DNA of 64,000 nucleotides from Plasmodiophora brassicae (Eukaryota): NCBI GenBank assembly GCA_036867785.1, contig CP145414.1, positions 1,116,001 to 1,180,000 of the forward strand, read 5' to 3'. Shown piece by piece: positions 1 to 11,647 of this stretch (position 1 is its first letter; each line of letters starts with the position of its first letter). The notes under the pieces were generated by a model. It saw only the letters and a program-made list of their open reading frames with translations, ran no database searches and was not told where the DNA came from. The position numbers and the translations under genes were made by a program.

Positions 1-874
1 ACAACCATGCTGGACGGAAGCAATGCTGCGCGTCGCAACCGTCCACGTCTTCACTCAGCTGGACACCCAAGCCAGTAGACTTGGACAGTTTCCCCCCCAT
101 GAACAGGAAAACATATTCCTGGCCGCCGCTGATTTGCTCAGGCAGCACGGCTATCCCGACGCCTGCCCAGAGACACCGTCGTTGCATGACTTCCTCCAAT
201 CAGTCGATAACGGCGTTTTCTGAATGAACTTTGACGTCTACTGCCTGGTAGCACCAGATGAACTATCATTAGACGCGGGAACGTACATAGTGCCTAGGTT
301 CAGCTAGAGCGTCACTGGTGGCGACGCGCTGACGTCTGCAGCAGCGGCCAGTGATGGCGTTGGAGTTCCAGAAGACATTCGCCGAATTCAGCGGGCGGAC
401 CAATGAGCTGTCCGGGTCGATCGCCGAGGCGCAACCGCTGCAGGCGCCACCGGGACCGGCGTGTCCGGCCTGTTCGCGTGTCGGTTGCCGATTCGTTCCA
501 GATGTCGTTTCTCCCAGGTGGACACCCGAGATGCAGGTGGCGTCGATCACGCGACAGGATTGACGTCAATGCCAGAGAATGATAGGATTTGGCACATTCT
601 TCGGCGGGATAGGTTCATGCCTTCGCTTTACACGTTCGGACTGGTCCTTGGGCAAACGACGAGGTTGTCGCTTTCGTACAGTCTGGGCAACGTTCTATTG
701 ATCTTCACGTAGGCGAGAGGTTTCGCTGGCCAAGGGGCCCCGTCGTCGCCGTCCCGCCCAGATGCAATGGACGCGGCGGTGGTGAGGGGAGGGCGGCTCG
801 CGCTCGCTCTGACAATTAGCGCCCGCTTCGAACACTGGATCAACGGGGTTCGGGGCGTGTATCGGGATAATACG

Positions 875-3800
875 TTATGACTTCTGGCCGTGTGCCTCTA
901 GTTTGCGTCTATGCAGGGCCTGCATCTCCTTCAGCATGGTCTCGTGCGACGACTTCTGCGTCTTGGACATGGACGGGGCCGCCGACAGCGACCTGGGCAC
1001 GTCGACCGTGTCGACGCTGACGAACCCGCTGATGGCGCCGCCGCCGGACGACGCCGCCTTGACGTGGTGCGCCGGCGCCATGGGCGAATTGGGCGTCGTC
1101 AGCATCACGGTGTGCTTCGACGCGACGACCTTGGCGATCGAGTTGAGCGCGTCGAGGCTCCTGGGCGACGTGTTCATCTTCATGCTGCCGGACAGGATCG
1201 CCGGCGGCTCGTCGACGTCGTCGTCGTGGGCGGCGGACGGCGGGTCGGCAGACGACCCGAGGTCGTCGGACGCGTACCTCAGCTGCCACTCCTTCTGTGC
1301 CGACCGCAACGACTTGACGTCGAAGGACGTGGCGCGATGGGCAATGGCGCTCTCGGTGAACTTGCAGACGACCTGGAACGCCTTCATGTCGGCCATCGGG
1401 TCGGCCGAGTTGCCGACGAAGAAGTTCGGGGAGAACACGATGGCCAGGTTGTGCGCGTTCATCTTCGACTGGTCGCTCGAGCTCGAGTACTTGACGAAGA
1501 CGTCGAGCGTCCACAGGAACAGGGACCGGTACGGCTCCTTGATGCGCTCGATGAGGGCCGCCGTCTGCTCGCTCGTCGTGCACTGCGCCATGTCGTCGAC
1601 GCTGACGCCCTGCAGCAGCTTGTAGGGCATGTCCCGGTACCAGACCTTCAGGTTGTTCGCCACCGAGTTGATGTCGGCGCACGATTCGAACGTCCCGTCG
1701 TTCAGCTGACGTTTTACCGCCTTCGAGTCCACCTCGTCGGGCGCCAGGCGGAAGATGCCGACCGAGTTGGTCGCGTCGTGCCTGTCCAGGTAGTGGTCCA
1801 TCTGCACGAGCACGGCTGGGACGCCGCTCGGGTACCATCGCACTGCACGAAGGTGGCCCCGGCCCTGTTCAGTCGGCGCCCACGACACGGGCGACGCGCT
1901 CGTACCAATGTCCTCCGATTTCAGCAGGTCCATGTCCTCGAGGGCGACACCGAACTGCGACCCGGACGCGCCCTCGGCGTCGTCGCCGGCGTCGTCGATC
2001 GCCGGCGGCACCGTCCCGCTCTTGGACGACAGGGACCCCTAAGCGCGCCGCCCAATCCCGTCAGGTTGGATGCATCGGGCGCGCGCGATCCCATGCCATC
2101 GGGCCACCTGAAGGTGCCGTCGCACAGCAGACATGGGCGTCGATGCTGTGAACAGCTCCGCCGGCAACGCCCTGACGACGTCGTTCAGCGCGTCGTACAG
2201 GTCGGCGTCCTCGGCGATGTCGTCGAACGCGCCGTCGAGCCGGCGGATCGCGGCGAACCGGTTCTGCACGGACGCGGGCACCTGGACGTCGCCGCCGACG
2301 CGGGCGCCGATCCGGTCCCGCAGGCACTTGATCAGGTTCGCCTGTGTGGTCGGTCGTCGTCAGGGCCCGTCCAGCCAGGAGGCGCGCACGACGACGACAG
2401 GCGCCGCCTTACCACCGCCGACAGACGACGTGTGGAGCGGCTCGACCCGGCCAGCTCGCGTACGGTCCTCTCGATGTCCAGCACCCGAAGCGGCAGCTCG
2501 TTGTTGGATTGCAGAGCGGACGCCATCGCGGGTAGACTGTCGCGCGCGCCCCCACCCGGTTCAGCAAATGACCAGGGGCAGGCGCAAACGGCGAGCCGAC
2601 CTGGACGTGGGGATCGCGTTGTCCATGTCGAGGCGCACGAGGCGTTTCGATCGGGCCAGCAGGTTGGCGACGGCGGCGAACCCCTTCTCGGAGACGGCGT
2701 TGGCGCTGATGTCGATCGACTTCAGCGCTGGGTGGGCGACGGCGCCCTCGAGGATCGTCGCGACCGCGTCACCCTGCGTGTGCGATCGTCAGGCACCGGG
2801 GCAACGGCGGGTCCTCCCACCGACAATGGCGTGCTGGGCGTCGCCCACGATCGAGAACGACTCCAGGCCGGGCAGCGACTGGAACATCTTGACGATATCG
2901 TCGCCGACCTGTTTGCTCTTCTTGCTGTGGCTGACCAGCTTCGGCAACCGGACGTTGCCGTCCAACGACAAATGTCGCAGCGAGGTCACCTGCCGCGAAT
3001 CGTGGTCAGCGCCGGCCCCGGCCACGACGACGTGACGGTGCGCCGGGTCACCTGCTCGAGGATCTCGCAGAGCGCCTGGAACTCATCGCAGGTGCTGATG
3101 TGGTTGTACTGCAGGCCCAGGGCGCCGACGTTCTTCAGCGGCCCATGGCGCTTGACGCTGTCGACCAGGACCTTGACGAGCATGCCGGACAGGTCGCAGT
3201 AGGCCAGGCTGAGGACGAACCGGACGCCGGTCGTGTTGTTGGCGATGCCGTCGAACAGGCTCGCCAGGAAGAAGTCGGTGAAGCGGATGCGATCCAGGAT
3301 CACGTGCGATAGCGACGCCGTCTGGCCGATGATGGCCTTCAACGACGACGCCGCCTTGCTCGATATCTTCAGGCCTGCGGGCGCTTCAGAACCTCGCGAG
3401 CGACAAGCGAAACGGTAGGGCAGCGCACCGGCGACGTTGAGCGTCTCCAGCTGCTTCAGGGACAGATCCGGGTTCTCCATGAGGGCGCCGACAATGGGTT
3501 CCAGGTCCAGGTTCGTCATGGCCAGGGACAGGCGCTTCAGCGCCGACGGCTTATGAAGGTACTCGGTGAGCGCTGATGCGCCCGCCTTCGAGATGTTGTC
3601 GTTCTTCGACAAGTCCAACGTGACCAACGCTGTGTGCACCCACCGCCGGTCAGCACGATAGCCCACATTGTTCGCGATGCACGGGCGCCAACCGGGACTC
3701 AAAAGCGGCTGGTTGAACAGGTCCCCTTTGCCAGATAGGCCACAGTTCGACGCGACCAACGTCTGCAGCGGCATCTGGGACGATTGGGCGGCGATCAGCA

Positions 3801-4926
3801 GCGCCTCGAGGCCTGAAACCGGGTCTGTTGTCAGGGCGCCGAACCAATCGGCTTCACTGCCCCGCGCCGACCTTCGTCGCCGAGCGCCTGGTTACGCAGG
3901 ACGAGCTTAGTCAGGAGTTTGGACGTGGCGCCCTTCATGGCGTCGGCAATGATCCGAGGGGCGTTCCTGCTGCTCCAGTTGTTGCCCGCGCACGTCATCC
4001 GGTTGATGCGATTCGCGACGGAGAAGACGACCTGGGCACACGCGCAACCGACTTAGATCGTCATCGTCGTCGCCGGGGCCAGCCCCATACAGATCCAATG
4101 GCGGTGATCGCTTCGTCGGCCAGCGTGACGTTGTCGGGCAGGAGAACGCCAGTGAACATGTCCTGGCAGCAGAGCGAGTCGCACATGGCCTGCAAATCTG
4201 GGGCGTGGCGCCGTCACACAGCGTTCCTGGTCGACGTCTATTGCACCCGCCCTCACCTTGATACGTGATCCGACCGACCGACCCGCCATCCTTGCCGGCC
4301 GTCGCCGCCCGGATGTTCAGCTCGTCGCCCTTGTTGCTGGCCAGCATCTCCAGGAACGATGCGACTGGTTCGAGCCCCTATGGCGCCAAACCCTCCTGTC
4401 AGCGTCAGGCGCCAATGCAGGAAGCAGGCGGGCGTACAGCGCGATCGCACACGGCCAGGTAGAGGTCGGACAGCGCTTTCGCGGTGGTAGGCGGGCCGGG
4501 TTTCGGTGGCGGCACGACGCCGGTTCGCAAGGCGGGACCTCGGACGCTGTGGAACGCGCGAACGCATTCGTACAGGGCGGAGGTCAGCCTCTCAACGACC
4601 GCAGCGGATTCGAGCTTGATAGACAAGACGATGACCTCCTTGGCGGATCGCAGCCCAAGGCGGACGCACGTCGGGTCGCTCGTGCACTCCAGCGAATCCA
4701 TGTCCAGGATGGAGTACGAGTGCTTGATGGCGGGGCGGTTCAGCAGGCCGCTCTTGCGGCGCATGATCATCACGCGAAGGTTCGTGCAGAATAGGAACGA
4801 GTCCTTGGCGGGCGCGCCTAGGCCCATGGAAATGGAGGCGGGCTCCAGGAAGATCTGGACCTGCCGGGTCGCCTGCAGGTTGTCGGCGATGTGCTTAGCG
4901 GCCGCTTTGGCCTCATCCGCCGACAT
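875..4926 (-). CDS. CARMIL-like PH + leucine-rich-repeat protein with C-terminal RhoGAP domain (multi-exon)
   Basis: N-terminal exon MSADEAKAAAKHIADNL...LYLAVCDR resembles the CARMIL PH domain. Exons at 2300-4400 carry RI-like LRRs (LVTLDLSKND, LKRLSLAMTNL). The last exon has RhoGAP motifs (FGVALE, GIFRL, VANNLKVWYRDMP, KMNAHNLAIVFSPNF). A GT-AG splice joins RRHLQ to GSLSSKSGTVPPA in frame. Confidence 0.75.
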
Positions 4927-5178
4927 CCGTTGGGTGCAGCGGCGCCCACGACCAGCGTCGAGATACCGATCACCTCGATAATATCTGCCAGACCGCAGGC
5001 GTATCCTTGCGGAAGATATCATCGTACGACGGCCAATGTGGGGCTCGCCGACGGGAGCGTTGCAAGCAGCGCAACGACGGTATAATCGGCCGACCGCCTC
5101 GTCGCCCATGTGACCCACTGCCACGCTGCACGATCTCGAACAATCGGGATGACAACCGGGGTAGGAAGGGGATCCTGT

Positions 5179-5556
5179 TTATTCCTTCCATCTCGCGCCG
5201 CACTCGGTGCACTTGTAAAACGTCGTCATCGGTTCGTCGGCACTCCTCGTCTGCAGCTGGAAGTAGAACGCGCGCTTGTTCTGGCACTCTGGACAGACGG
5301 CTGCACAAACAAACGACGATCAGTACGTCATCGTGGTGGCGTCGGCGGCGGACGTCCTCATTGTACCATCGGTCTGCGGGACATTATCGGTCATGTCGCC
5401 GAGCACGTCGTCGATCTTCTTCCTCTCCAGATGCACAGTCGTGACGATGGGGACTCGGATGGCGTACACATACGGGCAGGTCTCGCAGAACAGTCGCAGG
5501 CCGGTATCGGCGTGTTCGACCAGCAGCATGTTGGCGCATGTCGGGCAGAATCGCAT
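5179..5556 (-). CDS. RPC10: RNA polymerase III subunit C11/RPC10 (1 intron)
   Basis: [14 protein letters not shown]...FCETCPY zinc ribbon; second exon [32 protein letters not shown] has the TFIIS-type QTRSADEP motif. Confidence 0.93.
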
Positions 5557-5742
5557 CCGAACCGCACCGCACAGACGGAGCTATACCTAAACGGTCACGT
5601 ACCCAGTCGTAGCGTGACTTGCAGCAGCCGGAGCTGCACTCGCCTGGCCTGGCTTGGATGCCAGTCGGAGCTGCAGCCACGGGCTACAGCGAACTCAGTC
5701 ACGCACCACGGACTGCGTGCTCCAGACTTCCAGTCGACGGCT

Positions 5743-6359
5743 ATGGGCATGGGCGACGGGTTCCATGGGCTGACGGCGCTTGACGCCAGCCGGAATGTCT
5801 TCTCGTTCGCGTCGCTGATTGGCAAAGTCGTCCTGATTGTCAATGTTGCGTCACGCTGCGGGTTTACACCGCAGTACGAGGGGCTGGAGGCGCTGTACCG
5901 CAAGTACAAGGACCGCGGCCTGGTTGTCATTGGATTCCCGTGTAACCAGTACGGGAGCGCGATCCCGTTGCCGACAAGCGGCACCGTTAAGTGCATCGTA
6001 GGTTTGGGTCTCAGGAGCCTGGCACCGAAGACGAGATTAAGAGTTTCTGCACGCTGAATTACGGCGTCTCGTTTCCCATCATGGCGAAGATCGACGTGAA
6101 CGGGGCCGATGAGCACCCCGTCTACTCGTGGCTCAAGAATCAGAAGGCCGGCATCCTGGGCATCAAAATGATCAAATGGAACTTCGAGGTAGGCTGGAAT
6201 GTCAGGCAACATTCTAGCCGTCCTGACGCGCTATGCCTGTAGAAATTCCTTGTCGACCGCAAGGGACAGGTTGTCAATCGTTGGGCGTCGACGACGACGC
6301 CAGCGTCGATCGAGGCTGAAATCGAAAAGGCGCTTAATGCCGACGAGCGTGACCTGTAG
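5743..6359 (+). CDS. Glutathione peroxidase-like protein, Cys-type (2 introns)
   Basis: [32 protein letters not shown] and IKWNFEKFLVD signatures; the catalytic residue is TGC (Cys), not TGA. Confidence 0.95.
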
Positions 6360-6388
6360 TCGTATCCCAGTCAGTAAACTTGGTCGTG

Positions 6389-7324
6389 TTTATCGCCCGG
6401 TTTTCGATCGCAATTCTTTCCGCTTCCGGTGCAAGATCATGACGCGTTTCTCCCACTTGTTGGCGACCATCTTGTACAACGCCAGAGCAGCTCGCGCGTC
6501 TTCCACTGAATCGTGGGTGTTTTCCTGGATTGTCACGCCCAGATGTTCAGCACACAGCTTGCGTAACGCTTTCGGGCCCTTCGGGCAGATCAGTCTGCGT
6601 ACACACGTCGTTACGATCCCGGTTCCTGGAACGCATGTGCCACGCTGGCTTACTTGTTGGTCGTATCGCGAATCATGTGACGAGGATGCGTCAGCATGAG
6701 CGCGCGCAGATCCGAACGCACCGAATGCCCGACGATGGTACGGTCCTTAATCAGATCGGAGACCACCTTCTGCACCGACTGGAACGATGGCGCTGACAGC
6801 AATGCGCCGCGTTCAATGCCACTGAATTTAGTCCGATGATCTGTGCAGCGGGGTTAGAAGCTGGGCGCCACACGAGACACGACGTTGATACGTTACCAGT
6901 AATCGCCTCCTGCGGTTTGACGTATGTATCAAGGATAACGTCGCCGTTGAAGTTGACAATTGAAACGCGTGCCAACGCATCGCGTTTTGTAGACGGCCCA
7001 ACGCCCACCATCTCACAATCTATCGCCACGATCGACGTCAGCGGGACGTCCCTGTTGACGCGTTTTCAGAAACCAATCCACCGGAATTCGCAACCGGCCG
7101 TAAGCGAACCTTGGCGTCGCGTCAATAGGTTCCGACGACGCTTTAACAACACCCGCTGCACTGGCAGCGTCGACGACACTGGGTGGTGTTGCGACAGGAT
7201 CGGAGGATTGCCTGACTCGAGCAGACGCGGTGGCGTTCGCGACCCTGGCTGTGCGCTTCTGTCCCGCCTTTTGGATGGTTTTCCTGACAGCGGCCCAGTT
7301 GGCTCCCAGCTGCACTCCTGTCAT
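6389..7324 (-). CDS. REX4: RNA exonuclease 4 (DEDDh)
   Basis: LGANW N-terminus; [18 protein letters not shown] and [14 protein letters not shown] motifs across exons. Confidence 0.9.
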
Positions 7325-7845
7325 GGCGAAACCTGGTTAGCCACGGCCCACGCTCTTCTGCTCCGCGGACTGCGCGACCGCTTCCCGCAACTTCCATGGA
7401 CAGCACTGCCTCCGCAAAACTCGGATGGGCTGGAGCACTAAGCGGCTAGGTAGCCGAAGTGAGCTCCGAGCGTCGCCTCGTAGTCCGGTACCGTGCAGGC
7501 GAACCGCCCAACGCGGAACGACATCAGAACAATAGACGACCACGAAGAACGGACGAGTCGGCTGCCCCTCGTTAACGGTGTCGCTGCACGTGAACGAGGT
7601 ACCGGGACCCCATGGTGCTGCTCCACGAGACCGGCCGCGTAAGCTGGCGGATGAGAACTCGTGCTGCGCCGCACTTCTGCCACGATCGCCTGCTTGCTGC
7701 TCGCGGGCGACCGCTAAGCCCATGCTTGTGAGAGGCGACGAGGTCGCTTGCCACCTTCAGCTTGAGTTCCTTCAACTCGCCTTTCTTAACGGTTCGCGCT
7801 TGTAACGACCCGAACACGGCTCAACTAAACTTACCCCTGGCTTTT

Positions 7846-7935
7846 TTTTATCCCTTAAAATGGGATAATCACTAAAAATAGGTGCCGCGGGCGCCGTGAG
7901 TTTTATCCCATTGCCAAAACCGAAGTGGGATAAAA
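7846..7935. repeat. Left subterminal repeats of the transposon
   Basis: TTTTATCCC 7846-7854, TGGGATAA 7861-7868, TTTTATCCCA 7901-7910, TGGGATAAAA 7926-7935. Confidence 0.85.
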
Positions 7936-8099
7936 TGTAGTCCCCATCTGAGGCAACTATGACAGCGACATGGAGTTCCTGAGAACATTCCAGAAGTTGT
8001 GGAGGTTGCTGTAAGGGCCTGAAATAGCGCCCATCCACTGCTGTCAGTCAGGGAGGTCAGGGTGCAGTTGTGGCCATTGCTCGCGCGAGGTGTTTGCAA

Positions 8100-11000
8100 A
8101 TGTCGGATGCTGGCAGCGACGCTGACAGCGAATTTGATCTGGACAACTTCCTTGCTGCTGTCGACGGGTCTATAAGCGTCGATTTCGATGCTTGTCCAAA
8201 CGGATGGGCTCCCGTCAACACATCCGAACTGGCATGCACACTGGGCATTGACGACGTGGATAGCTTCCTGTTACTACATGCCCGCAAAGAGCAGGAGAAG
8301 GTCATGCAAAGGATTCTTCAGCGACTCCCTGGTAGGATTCGTTCGCCCAAAAACGTGCCCGCCTTCCAGCACATTCAGATATGGCTCTCTTCCCAAGTTC
8401 TCTCTCCGATGCTGGCGTTCATTAATCGTTTCATCGATGGCCTGAAGGTCACCGGTCCCGAACTTCTGGCGTTCGTTGCCATGGAACTGGATCTGGCATT
8501 CTATCAATGCTCACCATCGAGGTACTTCTCCAGCGCCAAGTTCGTCAAGCGAGCGGGCTGTCCCAGCCACGAGCGCTATATCGCCATCTTGAAAGCGCTT
8601 GGGGGCCGCCATAAGCAACGTGACGTGGACGAGTGGGAAGCTCCGCTGACTCATGATCCGGATGTCGCTCACGTCCTGGATATCGTCAGGCGTTTGTGTG
8701 CTTCTATCGGATTTGTACCGGATTGGTCCATCATCAGTGCTGACGACGATCATCTCCGATTATCGTCGCATGCTCAGGTTGATGCGGCCGGGTTACAGTA
8801 TCAGAAGAATCCGGTCAAAGGGTATGTTGTCCTCACAAGAGATTCGATCCGACCCTAACCTTGACCATGCACAGGGCTGGCGTCGTGCACCACAGCATGG
8901 TATCCGTCACATCGGGCCTCTATCTTGGCGGACACGTGGCTGCCAGGAATGAAACGGTGTCGGATTGCATGGAAGTATTATCGCGATCACTTTCGGGGGC
9001 ATCTGTGGCGTCCAATGCGGTCATCCCGAATATCATCGCCCGTGATCGTGGATACAATGGCGATGAGACCAGGCGCACCGCTCTGGCGCAAGGGTCGGAT
9101 GTTGTTGGAACGACAAAGAGGTCTAGGTCGCTGCCTTTTACGTTCGGCCAGGTCCCTGGCAAATCGCAAACTTCTATCTCTGAGAGTGGCAGCCGTTGTG
9201 CCTATTGGGCAGTACGACGTTATGACAACGGGAGGCAAGTGTACTTACTGGCATACCGCACCGGGATCGGGCGCGTTGTCATGTGCGAGACCACGCTTCC
9301 TCGAGCGGCTCCGGGTACCTGGACTTTTGTGTCCTGCAATCGCTGTGATCGGCCTCTTGCTCCATCACCACACCCACTGCTTTCTATGTTCGAGGCCGAG
9401 CTCATCCTGCAACTCACGATCTCCCAGCGTACTCCCGATTGGTTCCTACTCAGGCACTTTCGCATAACTGGCACCGGTTCTGCAGCTTCGTATTGTTTCA
9501 TCGCGAAACTGGCCCGAAATGATCCTGACTTCGAAATCGACCCCGAAACGAAGAGGGTACTTGATCTACTTGCGATCCAGTACGGGCGTCCAGAGGCTGA
9601 CCGCGGAGAAGGACGAGCAGATCGAACCTTTACTGAAGAAGACCTCAGGGCGATGACGAACGACACCCTTAAAGATCATTGCCGAGCGAAAGGTTTACGT
9701 CTTGGAGGCAAGAAGGAGGACCTGGTTAAACGTCTGATGGAACATGGTACTGGTGGAAGTGGTTGCGGCCAGTTTCGTCGAATCGAGGCTGCTCTAATGT
9801 CGACATGGTTCATGGCGCCGTTGAAGAAAGACCACCTGAAGATCGGTTCCCTGAACGAAACCAACGTTGAGCATGGGATTCGCCAGTTTGTGGAAAGACA
9901 TGGCAGTGGTCTGAAGGTTGTATGCCACAAGCAGTACGGTCTTCTGTGCCATCGTCGGCAACATGAAGCAGCGTTCTCGCCAGACCTGGTGGCTGTCCTG
10001 CACTGTCCCCAAAGAGGAGCCTTTCTTTCTGGAATGGAATTTAAGACGCGCACGTCTAGAGACACCCTGCAAACCGACGAAGCACTATCCCGAGTTGTTG
10101 GCGCCTTCTGTCGCGTCAATGTGTCTACTGACGCTGCCTTGTTCCGAACCGCCGTTCCCAATCGATCTTATCGGGGTCAGCTTATCCACGATATGTCGTG
10201 TGGTGGCCTGGACGACTGGCTGTTCTGCATTTCATCGACGACCAGAATCATTAGGGTCGTGCACGTGCAGATTAACGTGGAAGATCGCGCGTGCTACTTG
10301 TCAAGTCTGTCGTTCATACGCGAACGATACCTGATGTGGATATACGGCGACGAACCAGTTCCAAAGTTCGATGAAGACGAATTCGGACACGCGATCGATG
10401 ACGTGACTGTACGTCAGACGTTGCAACTGTGGCGTACAGTAACTGCTGTGGTGATGGAAAGAGGCCAACCGCTGCCGAAAGGCAAGCATATCCTGCCGTC
10501 ACTGGTTGCCCTGTGGAACCGGATCAAGGGCGGCGTTGACGTGTACAGCAGATACCTCAAGAATCTACACTCCCGACACTCGTCGCTGAACCCCGTTCAA
10601 GCGATCTGGCTCAGGATCGTAATGACTCTCGTTTACAATGCTTACCAGTCGCACACCATGTGTCAGGTAATTCGACATCCAACGCAATTGCAACCCTTGA
10701 CTGACAACACTTACAAGGTTAACGACTTCCTAACGAATGAACAAGCATGCCAAACGTTCCACGCGTACCGGCGTGCCCGAAAGGATCAAGTGAGCTTCGG
10801 CGAGTTCGTGGAGGCTATCTCTGACGAAATCCCGAAGTTGTCAGTCGACGTCCTTCACGTCGGTGTACCAGTTGCAGAAGATGGGGAGAGCGTCGGCGAT
10901 GACGACAGGCATGGCGATATCACTTTCGCGTACAACAAGCGGGAGAAGTTTTACCAAGTCCCTTCGCTGGTCGCAAAGCGAATGAACAAGCGACTGAAGC

Positions 11001-11377
11001 ACCAGCAATCCAGTCTACACGGTAAACGTCTTACCTGCCTCGTGTGCTGCAGCCGGGTGCACGATGGTACGACGCCACATCTCGGGCGCCTGGGATTCAA
11101 GACGTCATGGGCCTGCTCTGTCTGTGACGTTCCGCTTTGCAGGAAGAAGCGCTATAATGGCAGCTCGTGTTTCGAATTGTTTCACACTCGGCTGGAAGCG
11201 TATCCGTGCTGCGACTCTGCTGAGGTCCCATCCGTTCAGGGCCACTCGAATCGAGCTCCCCCGCCCACGCGTCGTAGAGAGGATCCCCAGCAGCCGAATC
11301 ACCGATCACGTACGCGGTCGATGTCGGCTGATAGTGTTCGTCGCTCGCGTCGCAGCTTAAGCCAACCTGGGACGTGA
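8100..11377 (+). CDS. piggyBac-type DDD transposase with inserted YqaJ/lambda-exonuclease and SAP domains and C-terminal Cys-rich domain (~1057 aa; introns 8822-8874 and probably 10667-10717)
   Basis: Transposase motifs SADDDH, KNPVKGAG, ARDRGY, VVGTTKR, WNRIKGGVDVY, VYNAY and CLVC...CSVCDVPLC...CFELFH. YqaJ motifs QRTPDWFLLRHFRITGT, GSLNE, FSPD, MEFK and YRGQL. SAP motif LRAMTNDTLKDHCRAKGLRLGGKKEDLVKRL. Confidence 0.88.
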
Positions 11378-11420
11378 GCACCATAAATTCGTTTGAATTA
11401 AACGATTCAGTGGTTCCCGT

Positions 11421-11647
11421 TTTTATCCCACAACACGGCGCAATTATGGGATAAAACACGATTACACTGGACCCGCTGGAGCCAGTTTTTGACAACTCAC
11501 AAGACGATCTCTAGATCTACCCAGATCAAATCCTTGCAGATATGTATTCAACTGGACGTGATCTATGATGTCCCAAGGCTTGGGAGTCCAGCCTCACGTT
11601 ACGTGATGAAGCCGTGGCCTCAACTTTTGTTACCGTTTTTTATCCCA
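11421..11647. repeat. Right subterminal repeats of the transposon
   Basis: TTTTATCCCA 11421-11430, TGGGATAAAA 11447-11456, TTTTATCCCA 11638-11647. Confidence 0.85.

Noticed and set aside
1-860. Short ORFs at the window start
   Set aside because: Possibly the 3' end of an upstream gene (stop at 223), but nothing recognisable to call.
911-3202. 763-aa plus-strand ORF and many similar long R/G/V-rich ORFs
   Set aside because: Antisense or alternate-frame shadows of GC3-rich real genes; no motifs.
5850-5865. Possible selenocysteine glutathione peroxidase
   Set aside because: The active-site codon is TGC (Cys), so no UGA recoding is needed.
7337-7817. Short minus-strand ORFs next to the transposon
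   Set aside because: No consistent frame or family; mentioned only in the speculative insertion-site finding.
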